Origin: an uncultured candidatus Brocadiaceae bacterium
GTDB taxonomy: Bacteria > Planctomycetota > UBA1135 > UBA2386
NCBI GenBank assembly: GCA_964542765.1
Contig: CAZIVO010000003.1
Coordinates: 11,381 to 75,380 of the forward strand
Length of the DNA stretch: 64,000 nt
Reading direction: 5' to 3'
The position numbers and the translations under genes were made by a program. This document shows, one piece after another, positions 1-7,907 of the stretch; the first letter of the stretch is position 1, and each line of letters starts with the position of its first letter. The notes under the pieces are model-generated. The model saw only the letters and a list, made by a program, of their open reading frames with translations. It searched no databases and had not been told where the DNA came from.

Positions 1-848
1 GTGTAGGCGTACTGATCGCCGGTCAAACGCATGCCGGCTGCGCGGGCGGCGCGGAGCTTTGCGATCATCTTCTGGCTATCACCCCAGACATTCTTGCCGC
101 TGGCCTTGAGGTGCGAGAGGTGGACCGGCACCTTCGCTTCCCGGCCGATGGTCAGCGCCTCTTCGATGGCCTTCAAGACGGACTTCGATTCGTTGCGCAT
201 ATGGCTTGCATAGAGTCCATCGAACTCGCTGACGGCCTTGGTGAGTTCGATCAGTTCGTTGGTCTTCGCATAGGTTCCCGGGACGTAGATGAGACCGGTC
301 GACATGCCGACTGCACCTGCGCGCATGGCATCGCGAACGAGACTCTTCATGTTCTCGAGTTCCCGGTCATCCGGCGGGCGGTTCTCTCGGCCGAGAACCT
401 TGTTGCGAACAGTGCCGTGGCCGATCAGGGTGGCGTAGTTGAGGCTGATCCCGGTCTTGTCGAGTTGCGTGAAGTGCTTGGCGATATCGAGGTTGCTGCT
501 TCCGCAGTTGCCGCTGACGATGGTGGTCACTCCCATGGCCAGGAAGTTCTGCGCTTCGGGACGGCTGCCGATATTGTCCGCGTGGGCATGTGTGTCGATG
601 AAACCGGGGGCGATGACGAGGCCGGAAGCATCGATGACTCTCTCGCTCTTCGCCTTCGAGAGATCGCCGATCTCGCTGATCATGCCGCCACGTATTCCGA
701 TATCCCCCTGGAATGGTTTGGCCCCTGTGCCGTCGATGACGGTTCCGGATCTGAGCACCAGGTCGAGGGGGTCGTTCTGTGCCGCAAGACCGGAAAGTGT
801 CCAGCTGGCGATCAGGGTCATGAGGGGGGGCAGATGGGGGAGTCGCAT
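1..848 (-). CDS. Exported amidohydrolase-superfamily enzyme, D-aminoacylase (N-acyl-D-amino-acid deacylase)-like; C-terminus lies beyond the left edge
   Basis: Not in the ORF track because it is open at the edge. My translation of the minus strand from ATG 848-846 gives MRLPHLPPLMTLIASWTLSGLAAQNDPLDLVLRSGTVIDGTGAKPFQGDIGIRGGMISEIGDLSKAKSERVIDASGLVIAPGFIDTHAHAD. That is a signal peptide followed by the GTVIDGTG and DTHxH metal-binding N-terminus of this superfamily. The + ORF 111..926 is its antisense shadow. Confidence 0.75.
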   Translation of the reverse strand, partial: MRLPHLPPLMTLIASWTLSGLAAQNDPLDLVLRSGTVIDGTGAKPFQGDIGIRGGMISEIGDLSKAKSERVIDASGLVIAPGFIDTHAHADNIGSRPEAQNFLAMGVTTIVSGNCGSSNLDIAKHFTQLDKTGISLNYATLIGHGTVRNKVLGRENRPPDDRELENMKSLVRDAMRAGAVGMSTGLIYVPGTYAKTNELIELTKAVSEFDGLYASHMRNESKSVLKAIEEALTIGREAKVPVHLSHLKASGKNVWGDSQKMIAKLRAARAAGMRLTGDQYAY

Positions 849-1081
849 GGTTTTCCTATCATCGCCCTTTTTGCCCCGCCACAGAAGATGGGGAATCTTC
901 CTCGGTATGGACATTTCGGGGCGTGAGGGCGTGGGAAAAAAAGCAGGACTCGTGAAACTAGCCGAGTTTTCAGCCTAGAAGAGGGTGTTCCTGTCGTGGG
1001 CGGAGCCTTCGGCTGGAGCGCTTCAAGACGCAAGACTCTCCACTGAAGGAGTCACGGGCACGGTGCTCATGATTCCGGGGG

Positions 1082-1105
1082 CGAAGTGGGGAGTCTTCGT
1101 TTTTT
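1082..1105 (+). terminator. Terminator-like hairpin (cgaag-N8-cttcg followed by T6) in the leader upstream of the efflux operon
   Basis: Read directly: cgaag 1082-1086, loop 1087-1094, cttcg 1095-1099, tttttt 1100-1105. No + strand gene lies upstream. It sits about 140-160 nt before the TolC-like start. Confidence 0.3.
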
Positions 1106-1245
1106 AACGGGTTTTGGACATCTGAACCGGGGGCAGATCGGGGAGCATACAAGGGAGGATCTCCGGGGCTCTCAGCCCCGGGGAGCTCTGTATCCCCAAA
1201 AACACAAGCGTCTGTGTACGCTATACTTGGAGTTTCTGGCCGCCG

Positions 1246-2976
1246 TTGTTCATTCGCCCTGAAACGATGGAGAACATCCTGATCCAAGCCCCTGGACCGA
1301 TTCGGGGCCGTGAAGTCGTGCGCGAGCGTTTCGCCCGCTCTGACCGCGTGATCCTGCCCCTGCTCGTCTTGCTGGCCGGTTGTTCGGCATCCGGGTATGT
1401 CGAGGACGCCGACGAGCAGGTCTACCGGATTCTCGGGCAGGCCTCCAGCAGTGTGACCGGGCAGAGCAAGGTGTTCGAGGTGGGTCGCCCCGAGAGCAGC
1501 TTGCGTGAGCGGTTGTTGCGAGATGGCGGAAGCGTCCTCCTTGATCTGCCGGCATCTTTGGATGTGGCAGCGGAGAACAATCGCCAGTATGCGCGCGACA
1601 AGGAGCAGTTGTACACGGTTGCGCTCACCCTGACTCGCGAACAGCATGACTTCGCTCTGCGGTATGGAGGTGGCGGCTCGGCTGAGGCCAGTGGGACGGG
1701 TGATGAAACCTCCTCGTCGTACAGCGCCACTGCGTCTTTCAGCGAGGATCTTTCGGCCTCGGTGAACACTACTTCCGGGGCGCGCATCACCGCCAGCTTC
1801 GTCAATACCTTCTTGCGGGATCTTCTCACGAGTGATGACTGGGACGGCGGAGCGATTCTCAAGATCGGTCTCACTCAGCCCCTCTTGCGTGGGTTGGGCG
1901 AGAGGGTTGTCCGTGAACCCTTGACCCAGGCCGAGCGCAACGTGGTCTATCAGGTCAGATCCTTTGAGCGCGCGCGCAGCACTCTCGCCGTGCAGGTGGT
2001 GAGTGACTACTACGGCGTTCTCGAGCAGATCCAGAACCTGCGGAATGAGCGGGCCAATCTCGAGAGCGTGCAGCGCAACCGTGAGCGCAGCCAGGAACTG
2101 TTCGCTGCCGGCCGGATCGACATCAACAGCTTCGACCAGGCCCGGCAGAACGAGTTGAGTTCTCAAAATGGTGTGGTCACGGCAGAAAACAGGCTGATGG
2201 CCGCGCTGGACAGGTTCAAGCTGAACCGCCTGGGTTTACCCGTGGATGCGGATGTCCGGTTGCAGGTCTCCGATCTCGATCAACTCAGGGAGCTTGGTGT
2301 CAAGCGGCTGGAACTGGAAGAAGGCAAGGCCATCGGGCTGGCCTTGTCGCGCCGATACGACTATCGCAACGCCCTCGATGCCGTCGAGGACGCCGCCCGT
2401 GGCGTCCTCGTATCCGAGGACGCGCTCGCGAGCAGTCTCGACTTTGCATCGGCCATCGAGGTGCCAACGGAGGCTGGCAAGCCGCTCAAGTTCGACTGGT
2501 CCGAGGTCAAGTGGAGTGTGGGCTTCAATCTCGACCTGGCCCTGGACAAACTGTCCGAGCGCAACGCGTATCGTTCAGCTCTGATCAGTCTCGATGTTTC
2601 CATGCGTTCTCGGGAGCAACTCGAGGATTCGATCAAGTTTGAGATTCGTGATGCGCTGCGTAACATTCAGAGCACGATCGAAAGCTATCGGATCCAGGTC
2701 AATGCCAGGGTGCTTGCAGAGCGACGGGTGGATAGCACCCGGGATCTGTTCCAGGCCAATCGCGTTGAACAGCGTGATGTGAATGATGCTCAGGACTCCT
2801 TGTTGTCGGCTCAGATCAACGAAACCGGAGCCCTGATCGATTACGTTATCGCGAAGTTGCAACTCGTGAGGGATCTCGAAGGTCTCGTCCTGGAGTCCAA
2901 GGGATTGCGCTTTGACCCGGGGCTTCCTCTTCCCGAAGGCCCTTTTTCAGATGGGCCGAGGGGTGCCGACAATTGA
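1246..2976 (+). CDS. Outer-membrane efflux channel, TolC/OMF-family lipoprotein
   Basis: 576-aa ORF with an LLAGC lipobox near aa 42-46, so the true start may be internal (for example ATG 1267). It has two repeats of long Q/R/E/L-rich helices typical of outer-membrane efflux proteins. It is the first gene of a same-strand efflux operon and its stop abuts the next ORF. Confidence 0.8.
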   Translation: MFIRPETMENILIQAPGPIRGREVVRERFARSDRVILPLLVLLAGCSASGYVEDADEQVYRILGQASSSVTGQSKVFEVGRPESSLRERLLRDGGSVLLDLPASLDVAAENNRQYARDKEQLYTVALTLTREQHDFALRYGGGGSAEASGTGDETSSSYSATASFSEDLSASVNTTSGARITASFVNTFLRDLLTSDDWDGGAILKIGLTQPLLRGLGERVVREPLTQAERNVVYQVRSFERARSTLAVQVVSDYYGVLEQIQNLRNERANLESVQRNRERSQELFAAGRIDINSFDQARQNELSSQNGVVTAENRLMAALDRFKLNRLGLPVDADVRLQVSDLDQLRELGVKRLELEEGKAIGLALSRRYDYRNALDAVEDAARGVLVSEDALASSLDFASAIEVPTEAGKPLKFDWSEVKWSVGFNLDLALDKLSERNAYRSALISLDVSMRSREQLEDSIKFEIRDALRNIQSTIESYRIQVNARVLAERRVDSTRDLFQANRVEQRDVNDAQDSLLSAQINETGALIDYVIAKLQLVRDLEGLVLESKGLRFDPGLPLPEGPFSDGPRGADN

Positions 2977-3020
2977 ACCTTAACAGGACCACGACCTTCG
3001 GTGGCCGCGTGAACGAAACC

Positions 3021-5156
3021 ATGTCGAAGAACCATCTACGAAGCTTGCGACCACTCATTGCGGCGTCGCTCTCTGCTGGCTTGCTGTTCTGCCTGACTGC
3101 TTGCGAGAAGGCAGCGGCAACCGTGAGTTCCGGCCCCGATATCTACGAGGTTACTGACGGCAATTTGAGGATCACGATTTCCGAATCTGCTGAGATTCAG
3201 GCGGCGAGAGAGACGCGAGTGAAGTCTGAGGTCGAAGGTTCGGCGACTGTCATCTACCTGATCTCCGAGGGTTCGGTGGTCAAGAAGGGCGAAAAGTTGG
3301 TCGAGCTTGATGCCAGCAGCTTGGCGGATCGGAAGGCAACGCAAGAAATTAGCCTGGAGCGTGCGAAGGCCAGCCTTGTTCAGGCCGAGCAGAACATGGA
3401 GATCCAGAAGAAGGAGATCAAGGCCAGCGAGGAGACGGCCAAGAGCAAGCTCCTCATTGCGGAGATGGAGCAGGAGAAGTTCCTCGGGAAACTGGCTGCG
3501 GGCAGCGTCGTCGATGGCGGGGATTTCGGCGAGAGCTCGAATGGTCAGATGGTTCAGAAGCTCAAACAACTCGTGGCGAATGACCCTCACTATGACGACC
3601 TGCCGGCAGAGATCGTCGAGAAGCTCTTGTCCGGTGAGAATGATTTGCATCGTGACATGGGAGAAATGGCGAATCAGGTCCTGGCGCAGATTGACAAGAT
3701 CCGTCTCGCCGAGTCGGAACTCAAGGTGCGTGAGGACACTTTGGGCCATAGCGAGAATTTGGCGGAGAAGGGCTATGTCACCAAGAACGAGCTCGACAAG
3801 GATCGCCTTGCCTACAACAGCCAGCTGTCAAAGGTGACGTTGTCGAAGAATGATCTGGACTTGCTTATCAACTACACGCTTCGCAAGCAGCAGATTCAGC
3901 TGGCCAAGGATGTCGAAAATACAGATCTTGAACTTGACCGCGTCCGCGCAACCAACCTCGCCAGGCAGGCGCGAGAACTCGCCGAGCTGAAGAGCAAGCA
4001 GGCAGAGCATGAGCTTGCCAAGGAGCGCTTCGAGAACCTTGTCTATCAGATCGAGAATGCGGTCATCTATGCACCCAATCCGGGTCTGGTCGTGTATGCG
4101 ACGCAGGGCGATGGCCGGCGGGGCCGGGAGGTTGTTGAAGAAGGTTTGAGCGTGCGGGAGCGTCAGACGCTGATCATCTTGCCGGACGTGAGCGAGATGG
4201 TGTGTGATCTGAAGGTCAAGGAAGCGGACGTCGACAAGGTGGCTGTGGGCCAACGCGTTGCGATTCGCGTCGATGCCTTCCCGGATCAGCCATTCGTGGG
4301 CACGGTTTCGCGGGTGTCACCTCTTCCCGATTCGGGCTCTCGATGGAGCAATAACGACCTCAAGGTCTACAAGACGAGGGTGACGATCGAGGGTGTCAAT
4401 GAGCAGTTGCGTCCGGGTATGTCGTCGCGAGTTGAAATCGTCATCGGCGAGATCAAGGCGGCGACCTACGTTCCCATGCAGGCGGTCCGGCGACAGGGTT
4501 CGGTGCAATACATATGGAAGCGAACGCCGACCGGCCCGGTGGCGGAGAGGGTTGCTGTCGGGCAGAACAATCTGACGCATGTGCAGATTCTCAAGGGACT
4601 CGCTGCGGGTGAGAGTGTTTACCTCACACCTCCATCGGGAGTTGTCCTTCCCGAGTTCTCGCAGCCGCTCAAATCCGACACTGTGAAACCAAAGGCTGAC
4701 ACTGCGAAACCAAAGGCTGACACTGCGAAACCAAAGGCTGACACTGCGAAACCAAAGGCTGACACTGTGAAGCCAAAGGCCGATCCCGCCAAGCCGGCGT
4801 CTGCACCGCCGGGTGATCGCTCCGCTGGCCGCCCTCGTGGTGAAGGTGGTTTCCGTGAAGTCATGGAGGAGATGGGCTCCCTTCTGGCGAGTAAATACCC
4901 CCAATTTGCTGATGAGGTGAAGGGGGACCCGAGCGCTCTTTTCCGAAATGCCGAGATTCGCGAATTGATTCAGAACGATCCCGAACTCAAGGCCATGCAG
5001 GAGAAGATGCGCGGTTCGATGTCCGGTCGGCGTGGTGGCGAGGGACGAGGCCCTGGCGAGGGGCGTGGCACTGGCGAGGGACGCGGTACCGGCGAGGGGC
5101 ATGGCGGCGGTGCGGTTCCTTCAGGTCGTCGTGGTGATGGCAGGGGGGGGCGCTAG
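3021..5156 (+). CDS. HlyD/MacA-type membrane-fusion (periplasmic adaptor) lipoprotein, paralogue 1, with a non-canonical C-terminal tail
   Basis: The ORF track start is 2973. The likely start is ATG 3021 (MSKNHLRSLRPLIAASLSAGLLFCLTAC lipobox). It has a lipoyl-like motif GSVVKKGEKLVELD, a coiled-coil hairpin of about 250 aa, and a beta-barrel VAIRVDAFPDQPFVGTVSRVSP. After these come a KPKADTA x5 repeat, a conserved helical module and a GEGRG tail. Confidence 0.85.
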   Translation: MSKNHLRSLRPLIAASLSAGLLFCLTACEKAAATVSSGPDIYEVTDGNLRITISESAEIQAARETRVKSEVEGSATVIYLISEGSVVKKGEKLVELDASSLADRKATQEISLERAKASLVQAEQNMEIQKKEIKASEETAKSKLLIAEMEQEKFLGKLAAGSVVDGGDFGESSNGQMVQKLKQLVANDPHYDDLPAEIVEKLLSGENDLHRDMGEMANQVLAQIDKIRLAESELKVREDTLGHSENLAEKGYVTKNELDKDRLAYNSQLSKVTLSKNDLDLLINYTLRKQQIQLAKDVENTDLELDRVRATNLARQARELAELKSKQAEHELAKERFENLVYQIENAVIYAPNPGLVVYATQGDGRRGREVVEEGLSVRERQTLIILPDVSEMVCDLKVKEADVDKVAVGQRVAIRVDAFPDQPFVGTVSRVSPLPDSGSRWSNNDLKVYKTRVTIEGVNEQLRPGMSSRVEIVIGEIKAATYVPMQAVRRQGSVQYIWKRTPTGPVAERVAVGQNNLTHVQILKGLAAGESVYLTPPSGVVLPEFSQPLKSDTVKPKADTAKPKADTAKPKADTAKPKADTVKPKADPAKPASAPPGDRSAGRPRGEGGFREVMEEMGSLLASKYPQFADEVKGDPSALFRNAEIRELIQNDPELKAMQEKMRGSMSGRRGGEGRGPGEGRGTGEGRGTGEGHGGGAVPSGRRGDGRGGR
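4677..4799 (+). repeat. 21-bp in-frame tandem repeat (about 5.8 copies) encoding (D-T-A/V-K-P-K-A)n inside adaptor 1
   Basis: Units gacactg(t/c)gaaaccaaaggct at 4677, 4698, 4719, 4740 and 4761, plus a degenerate copy extending to 4799. The three central copies are identical. Confidence 0.95.
5036..5101 (+). repeat. 18-bp in-frame repeat encoding GEGRG(P/T) x3.5 at the C-terminus of adaptor 1
   Basis: ggcgagggacgaggccct / ggcgaggggcgtggcact / ggcgagggacgcggtacc / ggcgaggggcat, read directly. Confidence 0.9.
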
Positions 5157-5158
5157 AG

Positions 5159-7195
5159 ATGTTCAGTTCCATCAACAGGAGGGAGATCCTCTCGGCGGTT
5201 GGTTTGACGGCGATGTTGGTCGCTTGTAATGGCGAGAGGCAGGACCTTGCGAATCAAGAACCGGTGCTGGCAACTGCCTCACGGATTCCGATGAAGATTT
5301 GTGTGCGCGAGGCTGCCGAGTTGCAGGCAGCCACGGTGACTCGACTGAAGTGCGAAATTGAATCCCGGGGGTATGAAGGAACGACGCTGATCTACTTGAT
5401 TTCCGAGGGATCTGCTGTCAAGAAGGGTGATCGAGTTGCTGAACTCGATGTCAGTGAGCTGGTTGATAAGCGGGCGAGCCAGGAGATCGATCTGGAGCGG
5501 GCTCGCGCATCCTTGGTGGAGGCCGAGCAGAACATGAAGATCCAGCTCAAGGAGATCAAAGCTGCTGAAGAAAATGCTCGAAGCAAGTTGACCCTGGCAA
5601 CAATGGATCTCGAGAAGTTCCTCGGCAGGAAGATGCCCCGTGGTGGGGATGAGGTTTCGATCAAGGGGACCAATGCCGAGATGCTCGACAAGCTTTCTCG
5701 GCTCGTTGCGGGGACGCCGCGCGCATTACTCCTGTCCCAGGTGCGAAAGAAGCTCCTGCCCGAAGATTCACAGCTGATGCATGAGATGGGATCGATGGCC
5801 AATCAGGTCCTTGCGCAGATCGATGAGATCGAGCTGGCGTCTGCCGATCTGAAGGTGAAGGAGGAGGTGCTCTCTCAGAGTATCCAATTGCATGCGAAGA
5901 GCTATCTCACCAAGAACGAACTCGATCGGGACCGGCTAGCTCACGAGAGTCAGCTTTCGAAGCTGGCCCTGGCCTGGAACCAACTGGATTTGCTGATCAA
6001 TTACACGCTGATCGCAGGTGGGTCCAAGTCTCCAGGCCTGATCGATCTCCGCTTGAATGTCAGCAACGCAAAGCTCGAACTCGACAAGGTGAACGCTCAA
6101 AACCTTGCCCGCAAAGCGAAGGAAGAAGCCGATCTCAAGAGCAAGCAGGCAGGCTTCAACCTCGAGGAGGGGAGATTCAACAAGCTGGTGGAGCAGGTCG
6201 GTAAGTCCATTATCAGGGCGCCGCATGCCGGATTGGTGGTGTACGGAAGGCATGGTAGTAGCTACCGCCCCGAGACCGTGGAAGAAGGTGATCGTGTCCG
6301 TGAGCGGCAAACGATCGTTGCCTTGCCAGATATCTCGAGCATGATCGCCGAGGTCAAGATTCAAGAGTCCAATGTGCGGCAGGTTGCGGCTGGACAAAGA
6401 GTGAAGATCGTTGTCGATGCCTTCCCGGAGCGGTCATTCAGCGGAGTTGTCGATAGGGTTTCGATTCTTCCTGATTCTGCTGAGCGCTACACCAATGAGG
6501 ACTTGAAGATCTACAAGTCCTGGGTAGCGATCGAAGATGGTGATGAGGATATGCGACCGGGGATGTCGGCGACGGTCGAGATCAATATCGGAGACATCCC
6601 CGACGCCTTGGCGGTGCCCGTGGGTTGTGTGCAAATCCGAGGGAGCGTTCCTTATGTTTGGAAGGCGGCGGCGCAGGGTCCAGAGGCTGTCCGGGTCGAA
6701 CTTGGTCCGGCGGACGAGGACCATGTGCAGATCCTCTCAGGGCTCAAGGAAGGAGAGAAGGTTCATGTGTCTCCTCCCTTGGCTGTGGCCCTCCCGGTAT
6801 TCGAGCAACCGATGGAGGTGGCCCCAGCCTCTGCGGATCAGATCGTCAAGACCAAGCGTCCACCTGCTGGGGCGGATGGCGCTGGCCGGGGCGAAGGACG
6901 TCGCGATGCTGGCATGGGGGGTTCCTTTGGCAGTGAACTCACCAAGGCCATCGCCAAGAAATACCCACGGTTCGCGAAGGATCTGGAGGGGGGCGCGATG
7001 GCGATCTTCCGCAACTCCGAGATCCGAGAGCTTGTTCAGAATGACCCGGAGTTGAAGGCCTTGTCGGACAAGATGCGTGCCGAGATGCGTACGCAGTTTG
7101 GTGGACGTGGCGGTGGCGAACGCGGCGGCGAACGCGGCGGCGAACGCGGCGGCGGTCGATCGGCTGGCGCTGGCAGGGGCCGTGATGGTCGATAG
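5159..7195 (+). CDS. HlyD/MacA-type membrane-fusion lipoprotein, paralogue 2, with the same kind of C-terminal tail
   Basis: 678 aa with an MLVAC lipobox. It is colinear with paralogue 1: GSAVKKGDRVAELD, a long coiled coil, and VKIVVDAFPERSFSGVVDRVS. The tail contains FRNSEIRELVQNDPELKA and GGERGGERGGERGG. Confidence 0.85.
   Translation: MFSSINRREILSAVGLTAMLVACNGERQDLANQEPVLATASRIPMKICVREAAELQAATVTRLKCEIESRGYEGTTLIYLISEGSAVKKGDRVAELDVSELVDKRASQEIDLERARASLVEAEQNMKIQLKEIKAAEENARSKLTLATMDLEKFLGRKMPRGGDEVSIKGTNAEMLDKLSRLVAGTPRALLLSQVRKKLLPEDSQLMHEMGSMANQVLAQIDEIELASADLKVKEEVLSQSIQLHAKSYLTKNELDRDRLAHESQLSKLALAWNQLDLLINYTLIAGGSKSPGLIDLRLNVSNAKLELDKVNAQNLARKAKEEADLKSKQAGFNLEEGRFNKLVEQVGKSIIRAPHAGLVVYGRHGSSYRPETVEEGDRVRERQTIVALPDISSMIAEVKIQESNVRQVAAGQRVKIVVDAFPERSFSGVVDRVSILPDSAERYTNEDLKIYKSWVAIEDGDEDMRPGMSATVEINIGDIPDALAVPVGCVQIRGSVPYVWKAAAQGPEAVRVELGPADEDHVQILSGLKEGEKVHVSPPLAVALPVFEQPMEVAPASADQIVKTKRPPAGADGAGRGEGRRDAGMGGSFGSELTKAIAKKYPRFAKDLEGGAMAIFRNSEIRELVQNDPELKALSDKMRAEMRTQFGGRGGGERGGERGGERGGGRSAGAGRGRDGR
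7115..7150 (+). repeat. 12-bp in-frame repeat (ggcgaacgcggc x3) encoding GERG repeats at the C-terminus of adaptor 2
   Basis: Three exact copies at 7115, 7127 and 7139. Confidence 0.9.
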
Positions 7196-7907
7196 TCCTG
7201 GCACTCACAACGGGGATCGGGAGGTGATCGCCGAGTTCGTCGATGTCCAGCGCCACTATCAGATGGGCGAGAATATCGTCAAGGCGCTCGACGGTGTCTC
7301 CTTGAAGATCCATCGGGGTGACTATCTGGCGATCATGGGGCGAAGTGGTTCGGGCAAGAGTACCATGCTCAACCTGCTCGGATGCCTCGATCGCCCCACG
7401 GATGGTCGTTACTTGCTGGGCGACCGCAACGTCTCCGATCTGAATGACGGGCAACTCTCCGAGGTTCGCGGTAAGGAGATCGGTTTCATTTTCCAGTCCT
7501 TCAACCTGATTCCACAGTTGACAGCGCTGGAGAATCTGGAAGTTCCCCTGTTCTACCAGGGGCGAGTGGGGGCGGAGTCACGGCAGAAGGCGGAAGATCT
7601 GGCGATTCGGGTTGGTCTCGAGGGGAGGCTCTCTCACAAGCCCACCGAGCTATCCGGCGGACAGCAGCAACGCTTGGCCATCGCCCGGGCCTTGATGAAC
7701 GACCCTTTGTTCCTGCTCGCGGACGAGGCGACCGGCAATCTCGACAGCAAGACCGAGGATGAGATTCTCGATCTCCTGGAAGAGTTGCAGTCCGACGGCA
7801 TGACCGTCGTTGTCGTGACACACAATCCGAAGGTTTCGCGGCGTGCCGAGCGGGTGATCACCTTGCGCGATGGCTGCGTCGAGAAGGTTGAGGAGAACAA
7901 ACCTTGA
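7185..7907 (+). CDS. ABC transporter ATP-binding protein, MacB/LolD/FtsE type
   Basis: Walker A GRSGSGKST, signature LSGGQQQR, Walker B LLLADEATGNLD, H-loop VVTHN. The ORF track start 7077 lies inside adaptor 2. The in-frame ATG at 7185 (MVDSPG) leaves only an 11-nt overlap. Confidence 0.9.
   Translation: MVDSPGTHNGDREVIAEFVDVQRHYQMGENIVKALDGVSLKIHRGDYLAIMGRSGSGKSTMLNLLGCLDRPTDGRYLLGDRNVSDLNDGQLSEVRGKEIGFIFQSFNLIPQLTALENLEVPLFYQGRVGAESRQKAEDLAIRVGLEGRLSHKPTELSGGQQQRLAIARALMNDPLFLLADEATGNLDSKTEDEILDLLEELQSDGMTVVVVTHNPKVSRRAERVITLRDGCVEKVEENKP

Noticed and set aside
111-926. 271-aa + strand ORF (and the overlapping 439..978 ORF)
   Set aside because: Its sequence is the mirror of a well-supported minus-strand amidohydrolase (the DTHAHAD motif reads correctly only on the minus strand). 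The + ORF has no motifs and shows the G/D/V/A-rich composition typical of antisense frames in GC-rich DNA.
970-2166. 398-aa minus-strand ORF
   Set aside because: It is antisense to the TolC-like gene and rich in R/P/G/S with no motifs. The + frame has a lipobox, OMF-type helices and operon context.
7077-7184. N-terminal extension of the ABC ATPase ORF
   Set aside because: It lies inside the coding tail of adaptor 2, reading its GERG repeat out of frame as AANAAANAAA. The in-frame ATG at 7185 gives a normal ATPase N-terminus.
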